Shown in pieces: positions 31,946 to 43,168 of a stretch of DNA of 64,000 bases. The DNA is taken from NCBI GenBank assembly GCA_000004985.1, contig GG738896.1, one strand, 5' to 3'. Position 1 is the stretch's first letter. The number at the start of each line of letters is the position of its first letter. This DNA is from Naegleria gruberi (Eukaryota). The translations under genes were made by a program, and so were the position numbers. Under the pieces are notes generated by a model, which worked only from the letters and a program-made list of their open reading frames with translations, was not told the DNA's origin and made no database searches.

Positions 31946-32849
31946 CATAACTGAATATTTCACTTTCGGTTGAGATGATGCTTGACTTTTGACTTGTTGT
32001 TGACCACTCGTGGATACACGAACAAGATCATCATGTGAATACTACTATTTGAATTATTACTTTTATAAAAACCTTTAGGAGCTTCCGATATCATATTGGG
32101 AAGTTGTCATAATTACATCCTATGTTTTTTGATACCCTAACCGGCTCTGTAGGAATCGTCACTTCAATTCCTACATCCTACACTCAACTTTTTAAACCCC
32201 TCCGCACTCTTTTGACCAAATTTTCAAGAAAGACTATTTCCATTATCACCAACCCCCTATCAAACCGTAGAGATTTTTTGACCAAATTTTCGACCTCCCT
32301 CCCCAATACCGTAATTATGACAAGCTCCCATTAATTATTACATGATCTGTTTTAACATTAGCCGTCCCTTCCTCTTCCCACAAATAATTACTCGTCTTAT
32401 TTTCATTCACACTATTGGTCATTAGATTACGAATATTTCTAATGAAGAACATTTTTTTTATAAAGCAAGTTTATTAAGCACATTGTGAAAATGGGCATTA
32501 AACTAGATTCAAGGTCGGTGATTGGTTCTATTCATACTAGGGCATATGTTTTGGAACTGGCAAACAATACGGCTGATTTTGTGAGCATATCTTACATTAG
32601 AATACAGAATTCTTAATACAGCCAATAAAATAAGGACAATGACATTCCTAAATAAAAACGCAAAGGAGATTCGAGGACCAAGACACTTACAGCAATATCC
32701 GCCTTTTACTGCCATCTTCCATTTTGTTGCGTGTAACACTCAATCTCTCAATAGATTGGTCTTACATGTTCTTATTTCCTCAAACACAATTTTCACAACT
32801 GATTCCTGTTGATCAATTCATTGCTCATCAGTAATAAAGTTGTGAAAAA

Positions 32850-34416
32850 ATGCAAAACAGTACAGAACAAGAACTTACCCAAACCAAGATCAAATTCACG
32901 CGATGGCTTTCTGAAATGCAATTGGGAAGTGATGTTTTACCAGGCATTGATAGCATGTTCTCCAATTCGATTGGCAATATTTTGAAAAAGTGTAGAGGAA
33001 TTAGATACATGTGTGAAAAGGACATTGAGGATTGTGCGGATCAGTTAAAATTGGCTCTCAAACTTGAAGAAGGAAGACAATTGGAAATTGTTGACGAAAT
33101 TAAAAAGAGAATTCACAAAATTAAGGAATTATTAAGGGATGAAGGAGTAAATTCTGTGGAGATTGTGAAAACAATTGAACAATTAAAGACTATTATTAAT
33201 AATGTTCCGTTAGAAAGTTTGGGAAATTTCCAATTGAATCCAAAGGAAAACTATCAAGAAAAAATTGCAGAACTTTCTTCCAATTTCTTCAAATTGAAAA
33301 GCAATGAAAGTAGTGAATCACAAGTACAAGAAACTGTTTCAGTTCAAGAGATTGTGCCAGAAGAAACTACTCAATTAATTTTAAATACTCCACTCCCATG
33401 TAAACCATTCAGTTTTAAAGAATGTTTGGTGAAGAGAATTGAAAAGGATGCGAATAGCAATCCAATAAGAAAAGGAGTTGGATTTGCCTTCTCGTATAAA
33501 CATAGGCTGTCCATATGTGGTAATGGTAACAAACTCCTCATTTATCATTTAGACACACTGTAAGTTTATCAAATTCCATTATACTAAACTGAACGAAAGT
33601 GAATTTATATGTTATGCACCATTTCCCACTTCCCCAACTGATTTGGAAATCATAAACAACTATGATGGTTTAGGAAATGATGGTTTACTGTTATCCTTTC
33701 CAAGTAAATTAACTAAATTCCAATTAGAACTCTACAATCTCCCTAATTTGGTTAAAATCAAAAAAGTGGTTCCTGACAATGAGGTCAAACCAGTTTGGGG
33801 CTATTCCACCCCCAATGAACACAGTGATATATATGGAGTATGTGTAAAACACGGCACCACACAAAATAACAATAACAATGGAAGAGGACATTTAATTTAC
33901 TTTACAAAAAAAACAGGATTTGAAAAGGGAAAGCATAGTATTGTAATAATTGACTTGAAAGGAAGTGTTATTTGTGAATTTAAACATGGAGCAGCTCATG
34001 GACTTGCTTTGGTTGATGATTGTTTGATTGCAACAGATTCAGATTATAGAATAATTACAGTTTTCCAAAATCAAGGAAATGGTCAATTAGAAAATTATGT
34101 CAATGTGAGCTCAATGAAAAGATCTGTTTCAAGCCCCATATGTTTCGATCCAATAAGCAAGTCTATCTTTATTTCAGATATTTTGAAATCGAATACTGAA
34201 AGTGTTGTCTCTGTATTCAAGTTGGAGAAGGGAAATTTAGTTTTTTCCAAACAATTGAAAACACCCGATGAATCAGGAAGTTATCGTAAAAACGAAAAAG
34301 AGTTTACAATTCACAGATTTTTTGGAATGGATTTTGATTCTAGTAATGGAAGGTTATGGATGTTTGAAACTGCTCATTTCCATAATAATCAGGGAAGTAT
34401 TATCATTTTGAGTTGA
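32850..34416 (+). CDS. Coiled-coil plus NHL-repeat beta-propeller protein, 2 exons (32850..33559, 33600..34416)
   Basis: The GTAAGT donor is at 33560 (phase 2) and the acceptor AG at 33598-33599, giving a 40-nt intron that restores the frame (...HLDT-L-EFICYAPF...). The C-terminal half has NHL repeats (GHLIYFTKKTG, IVIIDLKGSVI, GLALVDDCLIATDSDYRIITVF, IFISDILKSN..VVSVF). Confidence 0.65.
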
Positions 34417-34619
34417 TTGTAAAATTGATAAAAATGTCTTCAATGTTTAATTTCTGAAATGTTTAGTATAGAATCTCAATTGAATGTTGTTATTCTAATG
34501 GAAAGATTGGTAATAGAAAGATAACAGCTTTTGAAGAAACACCGATGACATAAAAAGTGTTTCGTATGAGATTCTTCTAAACATTCGAACAGATCAAAAA
34601 AAAAAATTCACACTGGGAA

Positions 34620-35084
34620 ATGCAAACTCCAACAAAGGTCATCCTCTCCCATAGCATTCAACTTTCTGGTGTGAAATGCAGAACAACCAACAAGGACGAA
34701 ATGAATCCTTCCACAGCAAGAATTGGTCAACTTTGGGGTCAATTCTTCCAACAATCTACTCAACCAATTCAATCCAAAATTTACAGTGTCTATACCAACT
34801 ATGAATCAGACCATAATGGAGCATATGATATCTACGTAGCCACTCCATCATCAGAAAGCAATCGAAACTTGACCGAAACTATTCAAATTCCTCAAGAAAA
34901 TGATGAAGAATTTCTCGTCTTTTCAGGCAGTGGAAAGATGCCAGAGACATGCATTAACTTATGGCAGTCCATTTGGCAATATTTTGACAAGCACCACGTA
35001 GAATATTCACGTGCCTTCTCTCTCGATTTTGAAGAGTACGACGACAAGGAAAATGTTAAGATTTACATTGCATTGAAAAAGTAA
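34620..35084 (+). CDS. GyrI-like (SbmC/AraC effector-binding type) small-molecule-binding protein
   Basis: 154 aa with no intron. ARIGQLWGQFF...YSVYTNYESDHNGAYDIYVATP...EFLVFSGSG...NLWQSIWQYFDKHHVEYSRAFSLDFEEY is collinear with bacterial GyrI-like domains. Confidence 0.55.
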   Translation: MQTPTKVILSHSIQLSGVKCRTTNKDEMNPSTARIGQLWGQFFQQSTQPIQSKIYSVYTNYESDHNGAYDIYVATPSSESNRNLTETIQIPQENDEEFLVFSGSGKMPETCINLWQSIWQYFDKHHVEYSRAFSLDFEEYDDKENVKIYIALKK

Positions 35085-35540
35085 GCAAATAATTTATTGA
35101 TGTGTTCGTTTGTTTGCGTTATGATGAGGATATTGGTATATATAATAATAAATAGTAAGCATGTAAATTTATGGCCTTGCTCCGTTAGCCGTTATCTTCA
35201 CACAAACCTCTTGGTAAATGAAATCATTGTGATGATGATGAAAATAAGGACAAATTGATACTTCTTGCATCGGACAGAAGAATATAGAGCACAAAAAAAC
35301 GAACAACAATTCGTTCGAGTTAAAAGGCTTTTCATCATCATCTTTTGTTAACAACAGTACGGTAGTTTTGTGTGTGTGGATATTAGCTCGAACGTCAAGG
35401 AGTGTCATTTTGCAAAGATTAATCTTCTTATCCGTTACATTTATCATCACAGAATCTTTTTTCAAAGCCTATTAATATTCATCATCATATTTAACAAATT
35501 AACAACAATAACTAATATATTTACAACTAATAACAACAAT

Positions 35541-35813
35541 ATGGCCATCGACACAAAATCAGAACTCAGAAAGAGAACACAACAATCCATAAAAACAGAG
35601 GATATTGCCACTACGAGTACTTCTCCCGAACAACTTAAGGATCATCAACATCAACACAATCATCATCAACATCATCATGAAGAGAATATGCATGCTCACG
35701 AACTTTTTCAATCGATGAAGGCTGAATCTAAACGTCTCATATTCGATCCAAAGAATTATCCAAAGGAAAAGGTATTTTGTTCTCAAGCCGATAAACACAA
35801 AATTCCAGTCTAG
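35541..35813 (+). CDS. His-rich ORF. It may be the 5' exon of the downstream PAQR gene, or a separate small gene
   Basis: MAIDTKSELRKRTQ...HQHQHNHHQHHHEE...KHKIPV*. It ends ...KIPV immediately upstream of the PAQR exon, which begins where the family motif P.W..DN.YI..GYR is expected. No canonical GT/AG junction that keeps the frame could be found. Confidence 0.3.
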   Translation: MAIDTKSELRKRTQQSIKTEDIATTSTSPEQLKDHQHQHNHHQHHHEENMHAHELFQSMKAESKRLIFDPKNYPKEKVFCSQADKHKIPV

Positions 35814-36043
35814 TAAGTAAGAGTTTCATCTTCACTTTTTAGATGTTAATAATTTTACTATTATGCATAATACTTGTTGTGAATATTGCATATTTAATTA
35901 TTAATCCATATCACATATATTCATCATTAACAAAATAATTGTGTGGTTGGAATATCATGAAAATCATGATCATATATTACTGTTATCAATATTACTACTT
36001 TTAAATCCTATAATTATTATTATTATTATTTGAATTAATTAGT

Positions 36044-36989
36044 ATGTATGAAAAATACGTTTGGGGAGGATATCGTATGAACCTAAGTTTCAAGGAAGCA
36101 TTCTTATCAATATTCCAGATCAATAATGAAACTGTTAACAATTGGACTGCAATACTGTCGGCTTTGGTATTCTTCTACTTTACTATAGACGTCATCTTCT
36201 TCTGGGAACCAACTTTGATTGGAGAAACAAAGAATGGTTATTCTTCATACTTTAATCATGTTGTGAGTGAAAACTTTTTGGAAAAGTCCATGTTTGTGGT
36301 TTATTGTGTATCATCAATTATAACATTTGGTGCATCTTTATTTTACCATTGGTTCAGTTGCATGTCTGAGAGTGCTTTCCATACCTTGTTGAGAATTGAC
36401 ATTAGTTCCATTGCATTATTGATTGGTGGTAGTTGTAAGTTTCAATAATTCTTATTATGGAATATCTCTAACATTATTTTGTAGACTATCCTCCATTATA
36501 TTATGCATTCTATTGTACACAATCTGTTGGAGTTTTCTACATTTCCACAATTACAATCTTGTGTTTGAGTTGTGTTGCAATGTTCATCATTCCAAGATTT
36601 TCCAGAGAAGATTATAGACAATTTAGAGTTCGAGTTTTTGGATTTACTGCACTTTATGGTTTATGTCCACTAGTTCATATCATTTATCTTTATGGATTTG
36701 ATAATGACGCCCTTAATAATAGACTGTTAGGTATCATGTACATGTATTTGTGCTATGCTGCTGGTGTCTTTTTCTATAGTACCAAATTGCCAGAAAGATT
36801 ATGGCCTGGCAAGTTTGACATTTTCTGTCATAGCCATCAATTTTGGCACATTTTTGTCTTTTCGGTATGTAGTAGTTCTATATTTTTCTTCTTATTAACA
36901 ATTAATAGGCCACATTGCTTCACTTTTACAATTGTGTCTACATGAAGACAGAGTCTGGAGTTTGTTTTGCTCCTCTTCCAAATACTTAA
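36044..36989 (+). CDS. PAQR / adiponectin-receptor / hemolysin-III family 7-TM protein, at least 3 exons (36044..36434, 36485..36864, 36909..36989)
   Basis: YVWGGYR, NETVNNWTAIL (ETxNIWTHL-like), HSHQFWHIFVF and the C-terminal ATLLHFYN are PAQR hallmarks. GTAAGT and GTATGT donors at 36435 and 36865 join to AG acceptors at 36483-36484 and 36907-36908. Confidence 0.75.
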
Positions 36990-37217
36990 TTTATGTAAAC
37001 TATAAATATTTATTATTCACTTTAATAGAGATTGTTCATCTCCTTTTCGAAATGGTTACGCAATGGACTAACAAGAGAAAAGTTTTTGCATCATTGGTAG
37101 ATTGTTGTGTCAATACACATACAGACGTTGCTATTATATTGACCAAGACACTCCAGTCAATTGTGAATAAGAGAGATACAGAGACAAGCAAAAAAAACAA
37201 ACGCAACACATCATCAC

Positions 37218-38132
37218 ATGACATGGTCAGTTTTCTCTCCAAGAGGGAACAAATCAACAAGTAAGAAGAACACCGAAGAAATGATTGATAGACTAATATC
37301 AACAACACCTCAAGATGACAATAAGCTCACTCTTCCCAGTATTTCGAGAAAGCCAATGAAAATGGATTTTCGAGTAACTGAGAGAATTCAATCAAATGAT
37401 GTCAATTGCCCACCCCTCAGAGGATCACCAACAAGTAGTCGAAAGAAAAATTCTATGCTAAACGATATTCAAAAGAGGGATTTGGATGCAACCATTCATA
37501 GGAGGCAAATGCTCAAGTCAACCAATTCGAAACGTCTCCTCGATACATTCCAGAAAACTAAGAGCAGTAGAGAAGTTCTCAAACAAGATCCCTCATTTCA
37601 GGAAAAGATTTTGGAATACGAAACTATTCAACCCATCGATGAAATTCAAGAAGCCAAACAAAAGATCTTTTCTCAACTGGATGACATAAGGAAGAAATCG
37701 AGAAATAATTCACCAGAAAATTCTCATAATGATCGTACTGGCGGACAGGAAGTTCCAAATCTCAAAATTTCAACAATTATCCCAACAAATTCTATTGGAA
37801 ATGAAACTATTTCCACTCCAAAATCATCTTCCTTAACTGTTGCTCCAGACAACATGACACCAGTGAGTAAGAAAACCAAAAAGAAGAAGCCCAGAAGATT
37901 CGAGTCGATGAGTATTGAGGAATTGACTATTTCTGATACGGACGAAGGTAAAATGTATGCCTCTGATATTGGAAAGGAGAGTTTCAAAGTGATTTGTCAA
38001 GCAAGAAGAACACTCATCAAACAGAATAGTTACTTGCAAGAAATGGATGGATATCAATCAAGTATTAAGGAAAAATTAGAAAGGAACCGAAACTTGCTGA
38101 AACCCTATTCAAATCAGAATCCTTCAGAGTAA
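37218..38132 (+). CDS. Hypothetical Ser/Lys-rich protein
   Basis: 304-aa ORF from the ATG at 37218. Low complexity, no known domain. Confidence 0.4.
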   Translation: MTWSVFSPRGNKSTSKKNTEEMIDRLISTTPQDDNKLTLPSISRKPMKMDFRVTERIQSNDVNCPPLRGSPTSSRKKNSMLNDIQKRDLDATIHRRQMLKSTNSKRLLDTFQKTKSSREVLKQDPSFQEKILEYETIQPIDEIQEAKQKIFSQLDDIRKKSRNNSPENSHNDRTGGQEVPNLKISTIIPTNSIGNETISTPKSSSLTVAPDNMTPVSKKTKKKKPRRFESMSIEELTISDTDEGKMYASDIGKESFKVICQARRTLIKQNSYLQEMDGYQSSIKEKLERNRNLLKPYSNQNPSE

Positions 38133-38559
38133 GATTCTATACACTTTATTGTTGTATTCTTCTTCTTCATTGTAAATATTTAAAAGATAATTCAGGATAA
38201 TCATACTTTTCCAGAATATCGACACCATCTGATGTATTATACAAAGTATTGAATGGGAATTCACCGAATCTAAAACTTCCACTAAGAATTTTCAGTCTGA
38301 ACAATAGAACCTAAATATTCCATTTGAAGCTATTTGATTGGATTTTACAATTCCAAACAAACATCAAATGGATTAATCGATTTTCCCGCCTCAATCGGAA
38401 TTATTTACAACTATTAATGGCCATTGAGAGGATTCAATACTACACTTTAAACTTTCAGTTGAGTAAGAACTTGTTGTATTATGAAGAGTGACTTGCTTTC
38501 TCTCTTCACTGACCCAATCTCACTACAACTTCTGACACCAGACAGCTGACATCTACGGC

Positions 38560-38567
38560 TATAAAAA
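38560..38567 (+). promoter_or_regulatory. TATA box (TATAAAAA) about 45 bp upstream of the ATG at 38612
   Basis: ggcTATAAAAAcctggcaatgcgcg precedes the start codon of the secreted K-rich protein. Confidence 0.35.
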
Positions 38568-38611
38568 CCTGGCAATGCGCGAATCATATCCAAACATCAA
38601 CAAGAAAAAAA

Positions 38612-40123
38612 ATGAACAAAATCTTCTCACTCTGCTTACTCGCATTGTTCTGTGCAGTTCTTTTCTGCGCTTCCACTTCTGAAGCCTTGAGCGTCATCAA
38701 AACCGTTCAAGCAAAGGCTGTCCCTGCCAATAAACCAAAACAACAAAAAGGAAAGAAATTTGGTAAACTCTTGAAGAAGGGTGCTTCCAAGAAGCAAATT
38801 AAGAAGGCTGCTAAGAAAGCTATCAAGAAATCAAAGAAGGAATTGAAGAAGGCTACCAAGAAGGTTAAGAAGGCTGCTAAGAAGAATCTTGCCAAGTGGA
38901 GAGCTTTGTGGGCTAAGTATAAGAGAATTGCTCAACGTGCTTTGAGAAAGTTTAGAAGAACTCAAAGGTAAGTGTCATGTCATTCGTGTTGACAATTAAC
39001 GAATAATTTTATTTGTTATCCTCTCTCTCGCTTGATGACTAAATTACGGAAAATATTCGAATGTTTATTATCATCATCATTTTGATTAACATACAACAAC
39101 AATTTGTGGACAATTTGTGTGATCATCATGTTGGAATGTCATGACTTTACAATATATTCTAAACGTATGATTAGAAAGTTGAAGAGAGCTCGTAGATCTG
39201 CTTCCAGAAAGACTGTTAGAAAGTTGAAGAAACAAGCCAAGAAGGCCAAGAAGACTGCCAAGAAGGCCCAAAAGAAGGTCAAGAAGGCTTCCAGAAAGGT
39301 TAAGAAGGCTAAGAAGCAAGTCAAGAAGGCTGCTAAGAAAGCTGCTAGAAAGCTCCAAAAGAAGGCTGCTAGAAAACTCAAGTTGAGCAAGACTTCTATC
39401 AAGAAACTCAATGCTACTGTTAAGAAGTTGTTAAAGTTGAAGAAGAAGTTGGGTAAGAAGTTCTCCAGAAAGTCAATTCCTGCCAAGATTAAATTGTTAG
39501 CTGCCAAGTTGAGAATTATTAAGAAGTGTAAGATTTCAAAGAAGTCTGCTGCTAAGAAGGCAAAGAAGGTTGCTGGTAAGAAGACTGCCAAGAAGGCCAA
39601 GAAGCAAGTTAAGAAGGCAAAGAAGGCTGAAAAGAAGGCTAAGAAGCTCGTCAAGCAAGCTAAGAAGGCTGCTAAGAGTGGAAACAAGAAGGCTGCCAAG
39701 AAGATTGCCAAGAAGGCTATTGTCAATGCTAAGAAGTCAATTGAAGTTGCCAAGAAGTCAGTTACTGTTGCTAAGGTTGCTGTTGAAAAGGCCAAGCAAG
39801 TTTTCACTACTATTGTCAACAAGCTTAAGGAATTAGTCAAGAAGGCTCAAATCACCGTTCAAACTGGTAAGACTACTGAAATCAAGAAGATTCAAAAGAA
39901 GGTTGAAGTTGTTAAGAAGACTGTCAAGAAGGCCAAGAAGAATGTCAAGAAGGCTCAAAAGAAGGCTAGAAAGGTTGTTAAGAAGGCTAAGAAGGTCATC
40001 AAGAAGGCCAAGAAGGTTCAAAAGCAAGCCAAGAGAGTTCTCAAGAATAAGGTCACTAAGAAGGGTATCAATAGACTTGTTAACAAGTTGATTAGACTCC
40101 AAAAGTGTTCCAAGAAGAACTAA
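38612..40123 (+). CDS. Secreted lysine/alanine-rich polycationic protein, 2 exons (38612..38967, 39175..40123), about 450 aa
   Basis: Signal peptide MNKIFSLCLLALFCAVLFCASTSEA. The rest is KKAxKK-type low complexity. The exon-1 frame ends at a GTAAGT donor at 38968 (phase 2). The acceptor AG at 39173-39174 continues the same KKA repeat frame of the 39104 ORF (…RTQ-R-KLKRARRSASRK…). Confidence 0.6.
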
Positions 40124-40399
40124 ATTGATGACTAGTTTTTGTATATAAATCACCTCCATATGCTACAGATGTATATTAATGTGGTATAACCAAATAATAT
40201 TGAGTTATACTTTATCAACTGTGCAATAATTGTGTATAGTTCCAATAATAATAAATCAACCTATTTGTAAATCTTGTTTTGTTTTTCCCGCCAAATTTTT
40301 TATAAAATTATAAAAAAATGCCATTACTTGCATCCCACAACAACATTGTGTTCAATTTGAAAAGCATCGGAAGAGAATGAAAAACATGCTGCTTATCTA

Positions 40400-40545
40400 T
40401 CGGCAAACGGCAAGTCGTCGTTGGGTGGATTGGAATGAATTCAGTCTCCCTCTAGGCTTCCTGTGATAACAAAATACCCCATGGTCTTGCATTTAGCCGC
40501 AGCGGCCCTCCCGACTCACGTCATGGTCGCCTCCTGAGAGATCAA
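40400..40545. ncRNA. GC-rich island, candidate structured ncRNA (class not identified)
   Basis: About 145 nt at roughly 55% GC (ggcaagtcgtcgttgggtgg...gccgcagcggccctcccgactcacgtcatggtcgcctcctgagag) inside a 550-bp AT-rich convergent intergenic region. No ORF. It contains GTGATAA (C-box-like) and CTGA (D-box-like), but no convincing terminal stem was found. Confidence 0.2.
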
Positions 40546-40678
40546 CATTATCTTTTTATTATGTACTGGATTTTACTGTGGAATGCATGTTTACAAGAGG
40601 GAGAAATTCGAATAAGAGTACCAGTTGCAATTATTTCTTTGAGTTTTTAAACAGTTTCTGATTCTATTCCTTCAGAAA

Positions 40679-42037
40679 CTATTGAACTAACATTGGTTGG
40701 TTGATTGATGGATGAAGGTGTCGATTCATCCCTAAGATCACCATAACAGATGAAATTCTCACAGGATTAGTTGATGAAGATGGAAGAACACTCTCCTTTC
40801 TCTTCATGACATTGGATCCAACAATTTCATCCTTCTTTTCCAAAATAACTTTTGTTGAGTATTTGAGTTCTTGCATAACAAATTGAACTGGATGACTCAA
40901 AACTGGTAATCTGTAAGGCCAGAAAATCAAAATAACACACAATGCAAAGGAAACATCAGGAATAGCCTTAACCAGTGGATAAATCACATAGCTCGGTAAA
41001 TCAATTGCATAAATAGCAACAGCAACCAATCTAACAATAACACCAATACCCAAAATAACTACAGCAACTGTCAATTTAACAATGGTTTGTTTCTGGAGAA
41101 TGTACAATTCACCATCTTCAGGTTGACTCTTTGAAGTGGCTTTAATCATGTGAATGATAATGGCAACACAAGCAATACTCATAGCAAGAACTGCCAACAC
41201 AGCCAATCCACCCAATGGAGCAGCCATTCCATACATTAAATAACGTCTTGTCTTTTCATAATCAATGGTTGGATGAGCCAAAGCCAAAATTGCCATCACT
41301 ACCAATGGTGCCAATCCAACAAATGCTGCAATATTACACAAAATCAAAATAACATAAATTGTAATGGTGATGGCCTTCTTTTTGGTGGTCTGACCCATCC
41401 AAGACATACAGACCTTCAACCAAATCGGCAAAATCAGTGTGTAATTAAACAGGTACCAATAAATTGAAATGTAATCGAAAATTCTTCTCACTTGTTTTGT
41501 TGTTTCAAAATCACTCTCAATTCTCTGCAATTCAAATACGTGTTGAATAATAGTCACAATTTCATGTCCAATTCTCATCAGGTAAAACACCAACAAGGAG
41601 TGTAACAATAAAAAGAAGAAACCTTTCGACTGTGTCTTTTGATTATTCTTCTTTTCATCAACTTTCACAAATCGTTTCAATAACCTCACTGGCCATGTAC
41701 TATCCTGTAAATCTCCCTTCTTTCCACAAAGTCTAGAATTAATAATCAACCAGCCCAATAACCATGATTCTCTCTTGATGTAAACAATCAGAGTTGGAAT
41801 GTAGAGTAGAATAAATGCAAGTAACGAGATGGAATCAATGACTAGATTGGCTGTTGATTCGCCCACTGAAACCCATTTAACTGTTGAATTTGTTGCTGTT
41901 GTTTGAGTTGTTGCAAATAGAGAGATTCCTTCAAAATTATTCGAATCTGGATACATGTTGTTAGTGGATGGGATTGTTGAGGAGAGAATAGAATGAGTTA
42001 GTTGAGCGGTAAAATACAATGCATTTGAAAAGTCCAT
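40679..42037 (-). CDS. Multi-pass (at least 7 TM) membrane protein, family unassigned
   Basis: 452 aa with seven or more hydrophobic helices (for example LLAFILLYIPTLIVYI, FFFLLLHSLLVFYLM, LAPLVVMAILALA, GGLAVLAVLAMSIACVAIII, LTVAVVILGIGVIVRLVAVAIYAI). Confidence 0.55.
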   Translation of the reverse strand: MDFSNALYFTAQLTHSILSSTIPSTNNMYPDSNNFEGISLFATTQTTATNSTVKWVSVGESTANLVIDSISLLAFILLYIPTLIVYIKRESWLLGWLIINSRLCGKKGDLQDSTWPVRLLKRFVKVDEKKNNQKTQSKGFFFLLLHSLLVFYLMRIGHEIVTIIQHVFELQRIESDFETTKQVRRIFDYISIYWYLFNYTLILPIWLKVCMSWMGQTTKKKAITITIYVILILCNIAAFVGLAPLVVMAILALAHPTIDYEKTRRYLMYGMAAPLGGLAVLAVLAMSIACVAIIIHMIKATSKSQPEDGELYILQKQTIVKLTVAVVILGIGVIVRLVAVAIYAIDLPSYVIYPLVKAIPDVSFALCVILIFWPYRLPVLSHPVQFVMQELKYSTKVILEKKDEIVGSNVMKRKESVLPSSSTNPVRISSVMVILGMNRHLHPSINQPMLVQ

Positions 42038-43168
42038 CTTTATGTTTAGTTTCGAATAGAATGATAAATCAACTAAATCCTTTCTTCTAACACAAAATGA
42101 AAGAGTCTATAGTTTAACAAGTTGTTTGTTTTTTTTAAAGTGTGTTTGGCTTCCTTATCAGAAACCATACGAAAAGCTATGAATCGAATAGCGAGAGATA
42201 TCTTTCCACAGTATTACTTGCGATCTTAGAAGAGAAAACTCGGTCATTGTATTCACCTCTCAATTATTCATCATTCACAAATGTCATCCAATTAAAATAA
42301 AGTTTGCATTTTTGGTTTGAATAAAAAATCAAACCTTTCCAATAAATTTTTTTAGCAATACGAAAGAGGCAACCCAAACTGTGACCATGTTTGGACTATG
42401 GAGAAATGTTGTTTGTATACGAATCATTGTATGAAGGCTCTTTGTGCATTACAACAAATTATTCGAAACTTGTCAATACATTGTGAAACTTCTTAATTAT
42501 CAAAATTGGTCTTTAATTGAAACTTATTTCACAATTTAAATATTGAATGTTACCTATACAGTTTCAAGCCTTTCCAAAATTCGAATAGCAAACCAGTTTA
42601 GTCTGAAAACGCAAAGGCTCATGTAACATGTTACTTGACCAAATATGAATACCAAAACAAAAGGTCACATCACTTGAATGTTCTCTAACCAAATATCAAT
42701 CCTGTAAATTTTTTCAATAAATACATTCTATCGGATTTTGAGAAACTACGGTTTTTAACATTATTGAATTACACTCATAAATTTCCTTAATAAACATTTC
42801 CACTTATCCTAAATGAAATTTGTTCATGTATTCAAACTCTTGAAAAGTGCCAAAACCCTGGTATTATTTCAGTTTCTGCAATAATTCACAAAATTTTGAA
42901 AAGACTAAATCCATCATTCGTATCATTGTTCGAAGGTCATCAAAGGCCATCAAAGACTGTGCCTGATCTAAAAAAGGAAACCGTAGTGTGTTTCCTTCCT
43001 TTTTAATTCTTGGAGAGGTACATCATCTATCTGTTTTTCAATGCAAAATAATCTGTTTTACATAGCTGGACTTTATGTTCTATCGAACAAAAGAACAAAA
43101 CAATTTTAATAAAAAGGCAAGACAAGCAACAACACGCACAATGATCAAGACCAATTTTCGTTCCGAAT

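Noticed and set aside
32100-32340. C-rich patch with a single CCCTAA unit and a duplicated ttttgaccaaattttc motif, considered as telomere-like or a transposon relic
   Set aside because: Only one telomere-type hexamer is present. There are no terminal repeats or transposase or RT ORF, so there is insufficient evidence for any specific element.
38612-40123. Interpretation of the K/A-rich protein as histone H1
   Set aside because: It has a cleavable signal peptide and no globular winged-helix (GH1) domain. Only the composition resembles H1.
39139-40159. Long minus-strand ORFs (233 aa and 108 aa) and extra plus-frame ORFs (39570..39836, 39903..40091, 38707..38895) inside the K/A-rich gene
   Set aside because: They are mirror or frameshift products of the AAG/GCT-rich repeat, giving Leu/Phe- or Arg/Ser-rich junk. 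The signal-peptide-initiated plus frame is the coherent one.
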